From a virus (lineage: Duplodnaviria; Caudoviricetes): a DNA stretch of 28,411 nucleotides. The stretch covers positions 1-28,411 of IMG/VR virus record IMGVR_UViG_3300047272_000070. One strand, 5' to 3'. Shown piece by piece: positions 20,901 to 26,008 of the stretch. Each line of letters opens with the position of its first letter. Within the stretch, counting starts at the first letter, position 1. The notes under the pieces were generated by a model, which saw only the letters and a list, made by a program, of their open reading frames with translations, did no database searches and had not been told where the DNA came from. A program made the position numbers and the translations under genes.

Positions 20901-21580
20901 GTGCAACCACCTCTACGATTGTGGATACATTCTCCTTACTTCCAGCATTAGATCCCATCTTCCAATCTGGTGTAGCATTCGGACTAGATGTTGTTCAGGA
21001 CTTTTTTAAGGTATCAGAGAAGAACAGAATTCCTTTCTACGATGCAAAAGAAAAAGACTTTATTGAGCAAGCAGGTACTCTTGGAATCAGTATTGGTAAG
21101 GCTAAGCAGTTCTTTGAGTTGGTATCTCTTGCCTATACTGGACAATACACAGACGAGTACAGCGGTAAGACTAAGTACATTAAGTCCAGAGATGCAAATT
21201 CACTGAAGATGTTTGTGGTTCCTTTCTTATTGTCTCACCTTGGCATATTGCCTGGAGCACCTGAGATTGGTACAATGACTAGAATAATAATGAAGGACGT
21301 TAAGAAGGATTCTTCTACTACTCCTGGAGGGTACAAGGCTGACGAGATGACCATGGAGGATATGAAAAAGTATTTCCCCGAGGAGTATGAGAACCAATAC
21401 GGAGAAGGTAGTCCATACCGTGAGGCTAAGGAACTTGAAAAAGAAGCCAACGAAGAAAAGAAAAAGGAGGAAGAGGAATTGAAAGAGGCAATGTATGGTA
21501 AGCCTGCATCCAAGGGACGAGGAAAGGGTAGAGGACAATCAACTAGAGGGTCATCTAGAAGAAGAGAGGGAAGGCGTTAA
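11930..21580 (+). CDS. Giant polyvalent (probably virion-ejected) protein with ParB/Srx-like and zincin metallopeptidase domains
   Basis: 3216 aa. Gly/Ala hydrophobic segment near 13990-14140. ParB-like 'LKEDISKNGFKEPIVL...IIEGNHRIIAAKELGLKEIPV' near 15390-15540. 'TPIHEFGHIW...EEALVELI' metallopeptidase near 17525-17710. Long helical C-terminal region and a basic RG-rich tail. Confidence 0.8.
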   Translation: MDEKYLQDLYGVVLKNDPSYRQKVSFDLFRSKMQDQDYAGRLTDWVSSVDSTFKSKSSQPVVPFKKKEDTVSSSVLGSSASGRFDPRTGKLNQEQPQFQRPQDRDFSGLAVDVDPQLITKKPREDRPVVSQDVTAVARLPKTQTLEVEENKKYIKETERLKNEAQNLEKLKEAEQQDLLKQQNVLAIQDPEFGSLITQINKDLINNEEKDVTDFLNKQFSKYGFHFESTGVGDAVIARTIDGKEFIEIDLDPFLESTEIEESEKLRKFISKNAQPVYNYKDEDYITKAVRAQSLRDIGMKNEDGTESTVKFTSFEQDGKHFVIPTLFPKNTLNYTSDKKDWLEFPFEQALKEARSRGEVFEFDNEADAKRFAEGDWKNVNAFDLEGQKLYKEKGLDYYTEKKKFENYTALQDEVELLDRILDRDYIAPEEKLKYPQYFANDGRPLYSEKEIESRLDKTVKQKDQLLEQVFDVEFLGINDGPVQKTREEFDIVLSKKQKEIEGQAIKQNNQVNTELQQVNLMSMNLYGVPIEKLYTVVPKTTEDEKTINDLVLKTKELIALSKDAANKFQLANTYYDAKWNKAATEEYEENLSGFNTALADAWQNGKAAEQILLATLGIKDVDSTADRKDIAMKIAEASSNLSGKQSRVLTRLNLSRDGEFFKTFMSDPLEAMSTFAASSFTQILPYGSYLIPSIVGSSVAAGAAIGGSAAGAPGALAGATTGLGYGVRSGMAASFFALEYTNAILDVMKEKGYNITDPLQVEKGLMDESVWSEGSERGVKRGIPIALVDYLGAGLTGKVFKVSKIAPIATRVGALTAERLVVDPAFEMGGELAAQVSAGQEINMKEIAYEGMGGVGTNTSMMGMNMYIESRNQTSAQLALELTDINAMASQRVSDERISNWANNMQKLGKIDADVNQRIQQNVGLRREARDLLSVGAVSRLTGNTSKSEARVMELLAARQELTSTQNRREVNSDKIKAINQELAELSETKKVKPKEEQVNLDLILGTKREGVSVYRIGGKTMTKEQFLKEIEKMSTRSLLRSKIVVDNDDETQIEILNKQLDAIQKQTAGQVPVQPGTRDRQEMAQGEPQAEPQGIAQEGQVQEVTQPILNKDIEVKDSEGQKGLVPITELEEFIGEDRLGEAQMPTSRATIDRLKEDISKNGFKEPIVLVYDRSSGEGEATIIEGNHRIIAAKELGLKEIPVIFEKGTIRSDESRAKDNMFPIKRKTVGSIDDRFGVRGSDLGLTVRQPVDSDFVKEGQVEVSTVSPAVSPAVSPTQQLDLEGEVSLLEQLLTGNQQPEPRARLSAGVEAQDTRTNEADVVSEINQMAVQSPEEAAFEGAKPTGQVEAGQVVSDNPTPDNIKKPFLKRILNKLGFTKESQLYRRIEEFSNIPMMIGISDSLGSGTYKDAAGNDMEIDGGLMFNFFRNPGLAWANVDKKLAQNIVNQAKQVYTANKELFDRLWKEGALPDGHIPYSIVRMGDDALYSNEAIFRYLSPWIKTLPLENRKAALEVYKQDLMKAAKGQSSSSWIFDLQDNIDNGNITDFKGIIDYLESLKNSDVPVATKDAIQSLENKLNKIKGEEKFSDSIEAIDEILSKKAPIRILNFIEEKNITTVDGLFDAIVDDAISRAKGEPSMLSLPVRAIISTKLLSLTPLKKDAPTTEFNKALLGREKNPLWNDAKKLTLPFIKDQISEPAMLKARQGDIVAVMGIDVREGSSGVEKAQHNNYGYGPKGMLISYISNPTRAFDVFAELQAKAPRLLKKNKSGIYPTADSIVRQAGGTAFIDVAFRGAKIKPQGLTDIDIIVGKLRTAFPDVSVFDTKEEFDNFLQQEGIRSRADANGNVIYGITKDGKIFINPDNLSLRTPIHEFGHIWVDYLKSKASGNKGTALLNRGLQLVDGTPEYKEALAKYGQRDIALEEALVELIATKGETIVNASKKSEFKNWLNAFFKYIKEKFVTTKELFKDKDFVSRIEKMTLDEFINSSLADLFGMAQVNRKFKASEAMAASRARLGESDINNIVQVGLANGISETAIRELLNKIGFTQEAIDAALGKEPKAPEIEVREERAQPARGKSEIDKIISKAIKDAGADLNAKRKAIADAVKGMSKNGGKINAKTVEAIIKRAEMVNLNNQTAVDKFISYAGKIFKDAEYGKKLNDAKAKRKTIRRGAKSKEVASNLRDLAKLFSVIDPSMVEDIDKYNQIADKISEAVVGSSLRGKDGTFAKIIKTEGLTDYINENIEKQQKQILKDKIARMSEVVGKNLTEEEYFEVLESRNKDAKVSKELKSAKVKENAIKEVNMYKSIVREILDKDVNPISGEDVTVSNAKKKVVEKFMSMDLNLLDVNELLDMFDSLQNFIENGSTAKMESIYSSYVGKVNATKAKGIVSQKIKKYFNETVGEFLLEQFTSLDLLFERMFKGFERGGKMMSLAGVSAIKKGKSTAKALSDAIVDQYFNKFYKLTPNGQAFNTMYNTVERGMLAYMMRNVIGTEEQVQAEFDRRKQLIVDSIKVLEKGDKNHRQLSVEYAKAFNKILQDSNTSEEVVNKAAQINVDAVKFWQTQWGDKYDQLADLSENIYNQTLGKDVNYTPDRVSSIEKESVSSETGDEMDSHLMTFHANNKTPYQRKTGVLMTPVMDDTLPKKSYINLSFDSNNANSMYDALVDLNTAGPIRQVSAFFNSPEFDQIVPDLTDRKILRSRVNLFIRNIRNKNPYENDSFAKAIRALQNVAALGTGQILAGPTQIPKQTIPVIINTIINAGGIDLAAPFNEDKNNFMNRSGYSIAYRSAASQNQIATLNKISTRAETGPVGKVGDAIFALNDLQLKYFLQKPDAYVARASWMSYYEKSLKKQGIDPKTIDYATHEVNDTAADYAQRMVDRQQNISDMDLAGKFISSKNPANQLVNKLLLPFASFRINQSARLGSDWATLTSKVSTKEDKAIAARSLGGFFSELVTFRAVSIGVTTLLSSMALSIAGKRDDEEDRERKRSTVMKGATTSTIVDTFSLLPALDPIFQSGVAFGLDVVQDFFKVSEKNRIPFYDAKEKDFIEQAGTLGISIGKAKQFFELVSLAYTGQYTDEYSGKTKYIKSRDANSLKMFVVPFLLSHLGILPGAPEIGTMTRIIMKDVKKDSSTTPGGYKADEMTMEDMKKYFPEEYENQYGEGSPYREAKELEKEANEEKKKEEEELKEAMYGKPASKGRGKGRGQSTRGSSRRREGRR
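12118..12183 (+). promoter_or_regulatory. Candidate -1 frameshift/transcriptional slippage site (T4A9 plus hairpin) opening a short -1-frame tail
   Basis: In-frame A AAA AAA heptamer, then hairpin GTATCG-TCTT-CGGTAC at 12140-12155. The -1 frame reads RRYGIVFGTWFFGIWEI-stop (TGA 12181-12183). Confidence 0.55.
15114..15245 (+). CDS. Nested 43-aa basic protein in the +1 frame of the giant gene (MPFKS-type small phage protein)
   Basis: ATG..TAA encoding MPFKSKQQVKYLYSQEPEIAKRWRKENPKQNLKALPKKVKSKK. 36 of 43 codons end in G/C and none in T. A-rich leader. Confidence 0.75.
   Translation: MPFKSKQQVKYLYSQEPEIAKRWRKENPKQNLKALPKKVKSKK
15222..15711 (+). repeat. 13-bp direct repeats flanking the ParB-like domain
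   Basis: AAGAAGGTCAAGT at 15222-15234 and 15699-15711, 477 nt (159 codons) apart. Confidence 0.7.
15723..15758 (+). repeat. 3 x 12-bp tandem repeat encoding a (T/A)VSP linker
   Basis: CTGTATCTCCTG / CTGTATCTCCAG / CTGTATCTCCTA. Confidence 0.9.
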
Positions 21581-21774
21581 AAGTCTTCCTCGTACTCTAT
21601 TGTCTTGATGATGTCTCTCAAATCTTTTATCAAGGACTTAACATCCTCCTTAACTGATTCGTACTCTCTGTCCACGAGTTTCTCGTATATCATAGCAACG
21701 CTGGCATGGAAGCCTTCTGTAGTGAAGGCTATCCTTGCAGCTCTGTCTCTTTCCTGTTGGAGTCTTGCATCCAT
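21577..21774 (-). CDS. Hypothetical small helical protein
   Basis: 65 aa; last gene of the - strand operon. Its stop overlaps the giant gene's stop (TTAA). Confidence 0.65.
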   Translation of the reverse strand: MDARLQQERDRAARIAFTTEGFHASVAMIYEKLVDREYESVKEDVKSLIKDLRDIIKTIEYEEDF

Positions 21775-22190
21775 TCTTTCTCGGTTATAAAATTGTATAC
21801 TGGCTTCATTCTGTCTTTTAGTAATCTAAGTTCCTGCTTAAGTGCCTCATTCTCTTGCACTAATCTACCAACAATATTGTAGGAATCAACAGGCTCTTCT
21901 CTAAATTTATTCATAATGACCATTTCTTTGCACTTCAGATATAAACTTCTGAAGTTTGAATCGAGTTCAAGTAGGTCATTAATCTTGCTTAGATAGTAGT
22001 CAGCAGAGTACCTGCTCTTCTTCATGCTTAGTGCAATGCTTCCGGGGTGCATGCCTGCATCTTTGAGTATTGAAGCGAATATCATTCTGGCTTCGACCTC
22101 CCCTCGATACCTTGTTACTGACAGGATTCGTTCTCCTGTTACCATCTCAACTATGTTGCGTATGTTTTCAATCTTCTTTCTCTCTTCCAT
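21729..22190 (-). CDS. DnaA domain IV-like helix-turn-helix protein with C-terminal coiled coil
   Basis: 'SVTRYRGEVEARMIFASILKDAG...SIALSMKKSRYS' resembles the DnaA C-terminal 'R.R.VV.AR.IAMYL' pattern. Start uncertain (22190 or 22214). Confidence 0.55.
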   Translation of the reverse strand: MEERKKIENIRNIVEMVTGERILSVTRYRGEVEARMIFASILKDAGMHPGSIALSMKKSRYSADYYLSKINDLLELDSNFRSLYLKCKEMVIMNKFREEPVDSYNIVGRLVQENEALKQELRLLKDRMKPVYNFITEKEWMQDSNRKETELQG

Positions 22191-22422
22191 AAAAGAGTTC
22201 TGCTTTGATTCCATGATTTTGTAGTTCTTTGATTCTATATTTCTGTAGTTCACTTGGCCTACCTGTCGCTCGCTTCACCTCATAGAACTCAACATCAGAG
22301 TTCTTAGGTATGGCGATAAGGTCTGGGATACCATTCTTGTTGGTCTTGATTAGCTTGATGACGTAGTATCCCTTATCCTCAAGGTCCTTCATCAACTTAG
22401 TCTGTACCTGCTGCTCTGTCAT
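22168..22422 (-). CDS. VRR-NUC family PD-(D/E)xK nuclease (probable Holliday junction resolvase)
   Basis: 84 aa; 'E..VQ...KGYYVIKL...NGIPDLIAI...FYEVK...GRPSELQKYRIKEL...G'. Confidence 0.85.
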   Translation of the reverse strand: MTEQQVQTKLMKDLEDKGYYVIKLIKTNKNGIPDLIAIPKNSDVEFYEVKRATGRPSELQKYRIKELQNHGIKAELFYGREKED

Positions 22423-22463
22423 CTTACCTTTTTCTTTACCTTTCTTACCTCGCTTCTTACATT

Positions 22464-22529
22464 TTTATACCCTAAACGTACCCTATTTATACCCTAAACA
22501 TACCCTATTTATACCCTAAACATACCCTA
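22464..22529. repeat. 3 x 22-bp tandem repeat containing six TACCCTA motifs at 11-bp spacing
   Basis: Unit TTTATACCCTAAAC(G/A)TACCCTA. TACCCTA starts at 22468, 22479, 22490, 22501, 22512 and 22523. Confidence 0.95.
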
Positions 22530-22727
22530 TTTGTATGGCCTAAAGTTTTTCTTTGCTGTCTGTAATGCTTCTGACTCAGTGTCAGCAACACCTGTGTCGT
22601 ATGTAAAGCCATCGCTGAACCAGTATAACCAATCACCACCTATTGATTGGAACACACCTATTGATCCTACAGGAACCTCTCTCATGTAGAATAACTTCTT
22701 TGCTTGGTCTCCTAGATAGATTGTCAT
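22527..22727 (-). CDS. Hypothetical protein (66 aa)
   Basis: The start at 22727 (MTIYLGDQ...) gives ATGA coupling with the upstream gene's stop. Confidence 0.6.
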   Translation of the reverse strand: MTIYLGDQAKKLFYMREVPVGSIGVFQSIGGDWLYWFSDGFTYDTGVADTESEALQTAKKNFRPYK

Positions 22728-22918
22728 TTCATTATATCTTTTAGTTGATTCCAAATTTCATGCTGTGTATCACCCCAGTACATTTCACATTTATCATCCT
22801 TAAATGGTGGCTCCATAAAATAGGATTGCCTAAACTCATTTGGAGTTGCTGTGAACCTGTAGCATGATTCTTTGTAGGGACAGTTTGTCCCCTTGCACAT
22901 TGTTATGTCTGGGCTCAT
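22724..22918 (-). CDS. Small Cys-rich phage protein (possible metal binder)
   Basis: 64 aa; 'DITMC.G..CP.K..CYR.TA.P....QSYF..PP....C..YW' with four Cys. Confidence 0.7.
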   Translation of the reverse strand: MSPDITMCKGTNCPYKESCYRFTATPNEFRQSYFMEPPFKDDKCEMYWGDTQHEIWNQLKDIMK

Positions 22919-23142
22919 TAGAATTCTTCTTCTGTTTCTTTAAAGTATTCTGAAAACATGTCTAAATCACTATAGTGAAAATAATTTTCATTTTGTTCGT
23001 TAAATCTCATCCAATTATAGAAGTTAATAGTCTGTTCTTTCTCCATTTCTATCGCTTCTAAAAGTAAACTTCCTAATGCTGATTTATTTTCAGGCTTAAG
23101 AAATTCATCAAATAGCCACTGAACTGATGTTTTTTGTTTCAT
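22918..23142 (-). CDS. Small protein, TAV.W / EMEK paralog family
   Basis: MKQKTSVQWL...EAIEMEKEQ...EYFKET. Confidence 0.7.
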   Translation of the reverse strand: MKQKTSVQWLFDEFLKPENKSALGSLLLEAIEMEKEQTINFYNWMRFNEQNENYFHYSDLDMFSEYFKETEEEF

Positions 23143-23147
23143 TTTAT

Positions 23148-23375
23148 TTATAAGTTAAAGGTTTCGTTGTAGTATTCTTCTGATAATTTTTTATTTATGT
23201 CTTCTAATCCTTTTATATCCCACTCAGATTGTCCGTTTAAATGGGCAATTTTAATCTGTTCCTTCTCCATCTCCTTGGCTTCTTCAAGCCATCCTATAAA
23301 CTCAAAGACTTCTTTTGGATTCATTTTTAGGTACATCAACTTTAATGCGAACCAATCTACTGCTGTCTTTTTCAT
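23148..23375 (-). CDS. Small protein, TAV.W / EMEK paralog family
   Basis: The likely start is 23375 (ATGA overlap): MKKTAVDWF...EAKEMEKEQI...EYYNETF. Confidence 0.75.
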   Translation of the reverse strand: MKKTAVDWFALKLMYLKMNPKEVFEFIGWLEEAKEMEKEQIKIAHLNGQSEWDIKGLEDINKKLSEEYYNETFNL

Positions 23376-23602
23376 ATAAATTTTGAAATTAATATTCCTA
23401 AAATATTTGAGATTAATATTCCTAAAATAGCTGATGATAGTCCAACCACCAGACCATTTGTAAAACATTTAGCACCATAACGAAGAAGATTTGATTTCTC
23501 CATTTCCTTAGCATCCATTAAAATTCCGTACCAAGTCCACTTATCCTTTGTTTCATCCCAAAGTTTTTGATATAAATAATCTACTGCTGTCTGCTTTTTC
23601 AT
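23372..23602 (-). CDS. Small protein, TAV.W / EMEK paralog family, with hydrophobic C-terminus
   Basis: MKKQTAVDYL...DAKEMEKSN...GLVVGLSSAILGILISNILGILISKFI. Confidence 0.7.
   Translation of the reverse strand: MKKQTAVDYLYQKLWDETKDKWTWYGILMDAKEMEKSNLLRYGAKCFTNGLVVGLSSAILGILISNILGILISKFI
23382..23429. repeat. 24-bp tandem duplication (ILGILIS x2)
   Basis: TTTGAAATTAATATTCCTAAAATA / TTTGAGATTAATATTCCTAAAATA, one mismatch. Confidence 0.9.
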
Positions 23603-23751
23603 AGTTTATTAATTAGATTGTTTATGTTCTCATCTGATAGGAAGTTATCCTTGTCATTACTCCAATAATCTAGGTACCTATCCCTGTGTACAGCGTACCA
23701 CTTCTGTGTGTATTCATTCCAATGAAATACGTAGTTCCAAATCTTTTCCAT
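23599..23751 (-). CDS. Small aromatic-rich hypothetical protein (50 aa; not in the ORF track)
   Basis: MEKIWNYVFHWNEYTQKWYAVHRDRYLDYWSNDKDNFLSDENINNLINKL. A-rich leader and ATGA coupling to the next gene. Confidence 0.7.
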   Translation of the reverse strand: MEKIWNYVFHWNEYTQKWYAVHRDRYLDYWSNDKDNFLSDENINNLINKL

Positions 23752-23769
23752 GTTGTTTATTTTAATGTG

Positions 23770-23878
23770 TAGTCAGGACAGGATTCGAACCTGTATTTAT
23801 ACCACCATACAACTCTCTTTATGGTTGGGCTGTACACACCCTTCGTTGTATGTGCGTTACCAATTCCGCCACCTGACT
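23770..23878 (-). ncRNA. tRNA-like RNA A (Leu-like scaffold, expanded anticodon domain)
   Basis: Acceptor AGTCAGG/CCTGACT, D arm GCG-GAATTGGTAA-CGC, T arm ACAGG-TTCGAAT-CCTGT. An 8-bp CATACAAC/GTTGTATG stem closes 31 nt in place of a 7-nt loop. Confidence 0.75.
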
Positions 23879-23888
23879 AGGTTATTTG

Positions 23889-23970
23889 TGGCTAGTGCAG
23901 GTACTGCCCCTGCTGCTTGGTCTTTTGCATTTTCAGCGTCACCCATGATTTACTTTTAATCTAACTAGCC
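23889..23970 (-). ncRNA. tRNA-like RNA B (degenerate; non-canonical T loop)
   Basis: Acceptor GGCTAGT/ACTAGCC, D stem GATT/AATC, T arm GCAGG-GGCAGTA-CCTGC. Irregular anticodon arm containing CTGAAAA. Confidence 0.6.
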
Positions 23971-23973
23971 TGT

Positions 23974-24084
23974 ACGGGTCTCTCCCCGTTAGTCACCACT
24001 CGCATTTTGCGCATCAATTAGAAGTCGCTTCCAAAAAGCATCTTCGCTTATCTATTATAGCTGCGACCGAGGTTCTCACTACTC
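23974..24084 (-). ncRNA. Candidate structured RNA between the tRNA-like elements
   Basis: Stems GTCGC/GCGAC, CGCA-AAA-TGCG and ACGGG-GAGAGA-CCCGT; no convincing ORF. Confidence 0.3.
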
Positions 24085-24085
24085 G

Positions 24086-24232
24086 TAGTCAGGACAGGAT
24101 TCGAACCTGTATGGTAGGCTTATCTAGAAAGCCGTTTGAAGTACCTATTTCAAAGGTATTACGGAGCTTTACACCGACTGATTACGGACACCAACCTTTG
24201 ATTTTAGCGTTTACCAATTCCGCCACCTGACT
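24086..24232 (-). ncRNA. tRNA-like RNA C (same scaffold as A, different and larger insert)
   Basis: Acceptor and T arms identical to RNA A; D loop differs by one A. An 8-bp TCAAAGGT/ACCTTTGA stem closes 36 nt. Variable-arm hairpin GGCTT-TCTAGAT-AAGCC. Confidence 0.75.
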
Positions 24233-24273
24233 AAGTTTGCTACTGTTGGTAGGCACTAGCGACCCGAGTCTAT

Positions 24274-24621
24274 CTATGTATTAAGTTTTTTACTGGCCTC
24301 TATTATATCATTGTACTTATCCAATAATATGTCTGGTATCTCATCATAAATTATACACGTATTAATCCCAGCATCTAATATCCCTGACTTGGTACCCGGT
24401 AATGTAACTAACTTTGCATTGAATTCAATCCATACATTTAAGTACTCTCCATTTAATAATGGAACATCATGTAATGCAAATGCTCCATAGAAGAAAGGGT
24501 TAAAAGTTTTTTTCTTCTCAACATCTTCTTGAATCTCAATAGAAATTTTTCTATAAAACTCACTTATAACTTCTTCACTGAAAAAATCTTCTTCAGTTCC
24601 TTGTTCTATAATCTTGTACAT
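24274..24621 (-). CDS. Hypothetical acidic protein
   Basis: 115 aa, AT-rich, 4 nt downstream of the helicase stop. Confidence 0.6.
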   Translation of the reverse strand: MYKIIEQGTEEDFFSEEVISEFYRKISIEIQEDVEKKKTFNPFFYGAFALHDVPLLNGEYLNVWIEFNAKLVTLPGTKSGILDAGINTCIIYDEIPDILLDKYNDIIEASKKLNT

Positions 24622-24625
24622 AGGT

Positions 24626-26008
24626 TTAAATATTTATTTTTTTGAAATGATTAACTGTGTAGTCCTTCTTCTTTATCACTGTCTTGTAGATGTCATGCTC
24701 AATGCCTCCCTTACTGAAGACCCAGTACACATGGTTGAATGATCGCTCCTTGGTTGTCATCCTGTCCCTGCTCTGCCAGTAACTGGTAGCACTGAAGTCA
24801 ATGTTGTAGTACACCAACGCTACTGCATTGCGTAGGCTGATGCCCTCCCTACCACTTACAATCTGCAATGCTATGCTCTTGTCGGTCTTGTCGAACACAT
24901 CAAGGTCAGTAGTCAACTCATCACCATATACCTGCTTGAGTGCAGACAACTCCTCCTTGAACTTGTAAAAGATACCTATCTTTTGGGTGCAGAAGTTGTC
25001 ATAAATGTACTGAGCTTTTGTGGTATCTAGAACCATGCTGTTGCCACTCTCAAACTTAATCGTGCCACTGCATAGTTGGTGTACCTTCATCATCAACTTT
25101 ACTGGTGTGTCCGCCAGTATCACCTCAGTCTTACCCTCAATGACCAAGTCCCTCTCAAGTTTCTTGATTAACTTTATTGTAGACTCCTTCATCTCCACCT
25201 CAAGGACCTCCTCAGTAACTGACGATACGAACCCTGCTTCCTTCTGGGAGAAGCTTATCATGTATGGCTTCATAGCCTCGATGATGCTGTCCAAGCCATG
25301 GCTGTAGTCATTGATGAATAGGCCATTGATGTTTTTCTGCTTGACCTTTACGTACACATCAGCGAACCTGTAGAAGTTAGCGAACTGCCGGAAAGGATTG
25401 TTTGGTATGCCGTACACCTGATGGTACATCTGAGAGTAGCTCTCAGGAGTTGGTGTGCCAGACAGAAGTATCACCTTAGACTTGTGCTTAGAGATAGCGT
25501 GTCGAATCATTACAGCCCGATTGCTGGGCTTTGGGAATGCACCTATGCTATGAGACTCATCGATTATAATTAGGTCAAATTTGAGGCTATCTACCACGTG
25601 GTGGAGGCTCTCGTAGTTGACCACCTTCATAGCGTATCTAGGCTTTAGGGTATCGTAGTCCTTCTCGATACTACCTATGGCCTTCTTCTTGGTAACGAAC
25701 AGCACTGACTCGGCACCGCATTCATTTGCAATCCCTAGACTGGTCAGTGTCTTGCCTGTCCGTACCTCCATGGCTAGGAATACAAAGCCATGCTTACTCA
25801 GGATCTCTGACCCTTGGTTAATTATGTCTTGTTGGTATGGTCTAAACTCCATGTTCTTTGATCCGTAGTGAGTGAAGCTGTTCTTTATTCTATCCAGTGC
25901 ATCATCATCTGAGTACTTACTCTTTGACAACACATCGTAAAGCATACCGCAGTACTCCAACATCTGCCTGTCAGAGTACGCTGGTATCCTCTCAACTATC
26001 TTGCTCAT
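24626..26008 (-). CDS. Superfamily 2 (SNF2-like, DExH) helicase
   Basis: Q motif 'FRPYQ', Walker A 'EVRTGKT', 'IIIDESH', motif III 'LSGTP', 'GREGISL', motif VI 'QSRDR'. Alternative start at 25852. Confidence 0.88.
   Translation of the reverse strand: MSKIVERIPAYSDRQMLEYCGMLYDVLSKSKYSDDDALDRIKNSFTHYGSKNMEFRPYQQDIINQGSEILSKHGFVFLAMEVRTGKTLTSLGIANECGAESVLFVTKKKAIGSIEKDYDTLKPRYAMKVVNYESLHHVVDSLKFDLIIIDESHSIGAFPKPSNRAVMIRHAISKHKSKVILLSGTPTPESYSQMYHQVYGIPNNPFRQFANFYRFADVYVKVKQKNINGLFINDYSHGLDSIIEAMKPYMISFSQKEAGFVSSVTEEVLEVEMKESTIKLIKKLERDLVIEGKTEVILADTPVKLMMKVHQLCSGTIKFESGNSMVLDTTKAQYIYDNFCTQKIGIFYKFKEELSALKQVYGDELTTDLDVFDKTDKSIALQIVSGREGISLRNAVALVYYNIDFSATSYWQSRDRMTTKERSFNHVYWVFSKGGIEHDIYKTVIKKKDYTVNHFKKINI

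Noticed and set aside
13651-21538. Many - strand ORFs and the + strand ORFs 17868-18056 and 20988-21206 inside the giant gene
   Set aside because: These look like shadow frames with Ser/Leu/Phe-rich composition, and they lack the codon signal or initiation context seen at 15114-15245.
21570-21590. Terminator at the convergence of the two operons
   Set aside because: The stop codons overlap (TTAA) and no hairpin with a U tract is evident.
22464-22529. Possible CRISPR array or telomere-like repeat
   Set aside because: The units are contiguous with no unique spacers, no cas genes are present, and the array is internal.
23376-23468. N-terminal extension of the track ORF 23148-23468
   Set aside because: It overlaps the upstream paralog; the family motif and ATGA coupling place the start at 23375.
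23750-23959. + strand 69-aa ORF in the track
   Set aside because: It is antisense to the tRNA-like elements and against the operon direction.
23769-24233. Canonical tRNA-Leu genes, or tRNAs with group I introns
   Set aside because: No 7-nt anticodon loop can be assigned, and the inserts are far too short for self-splicing introns.
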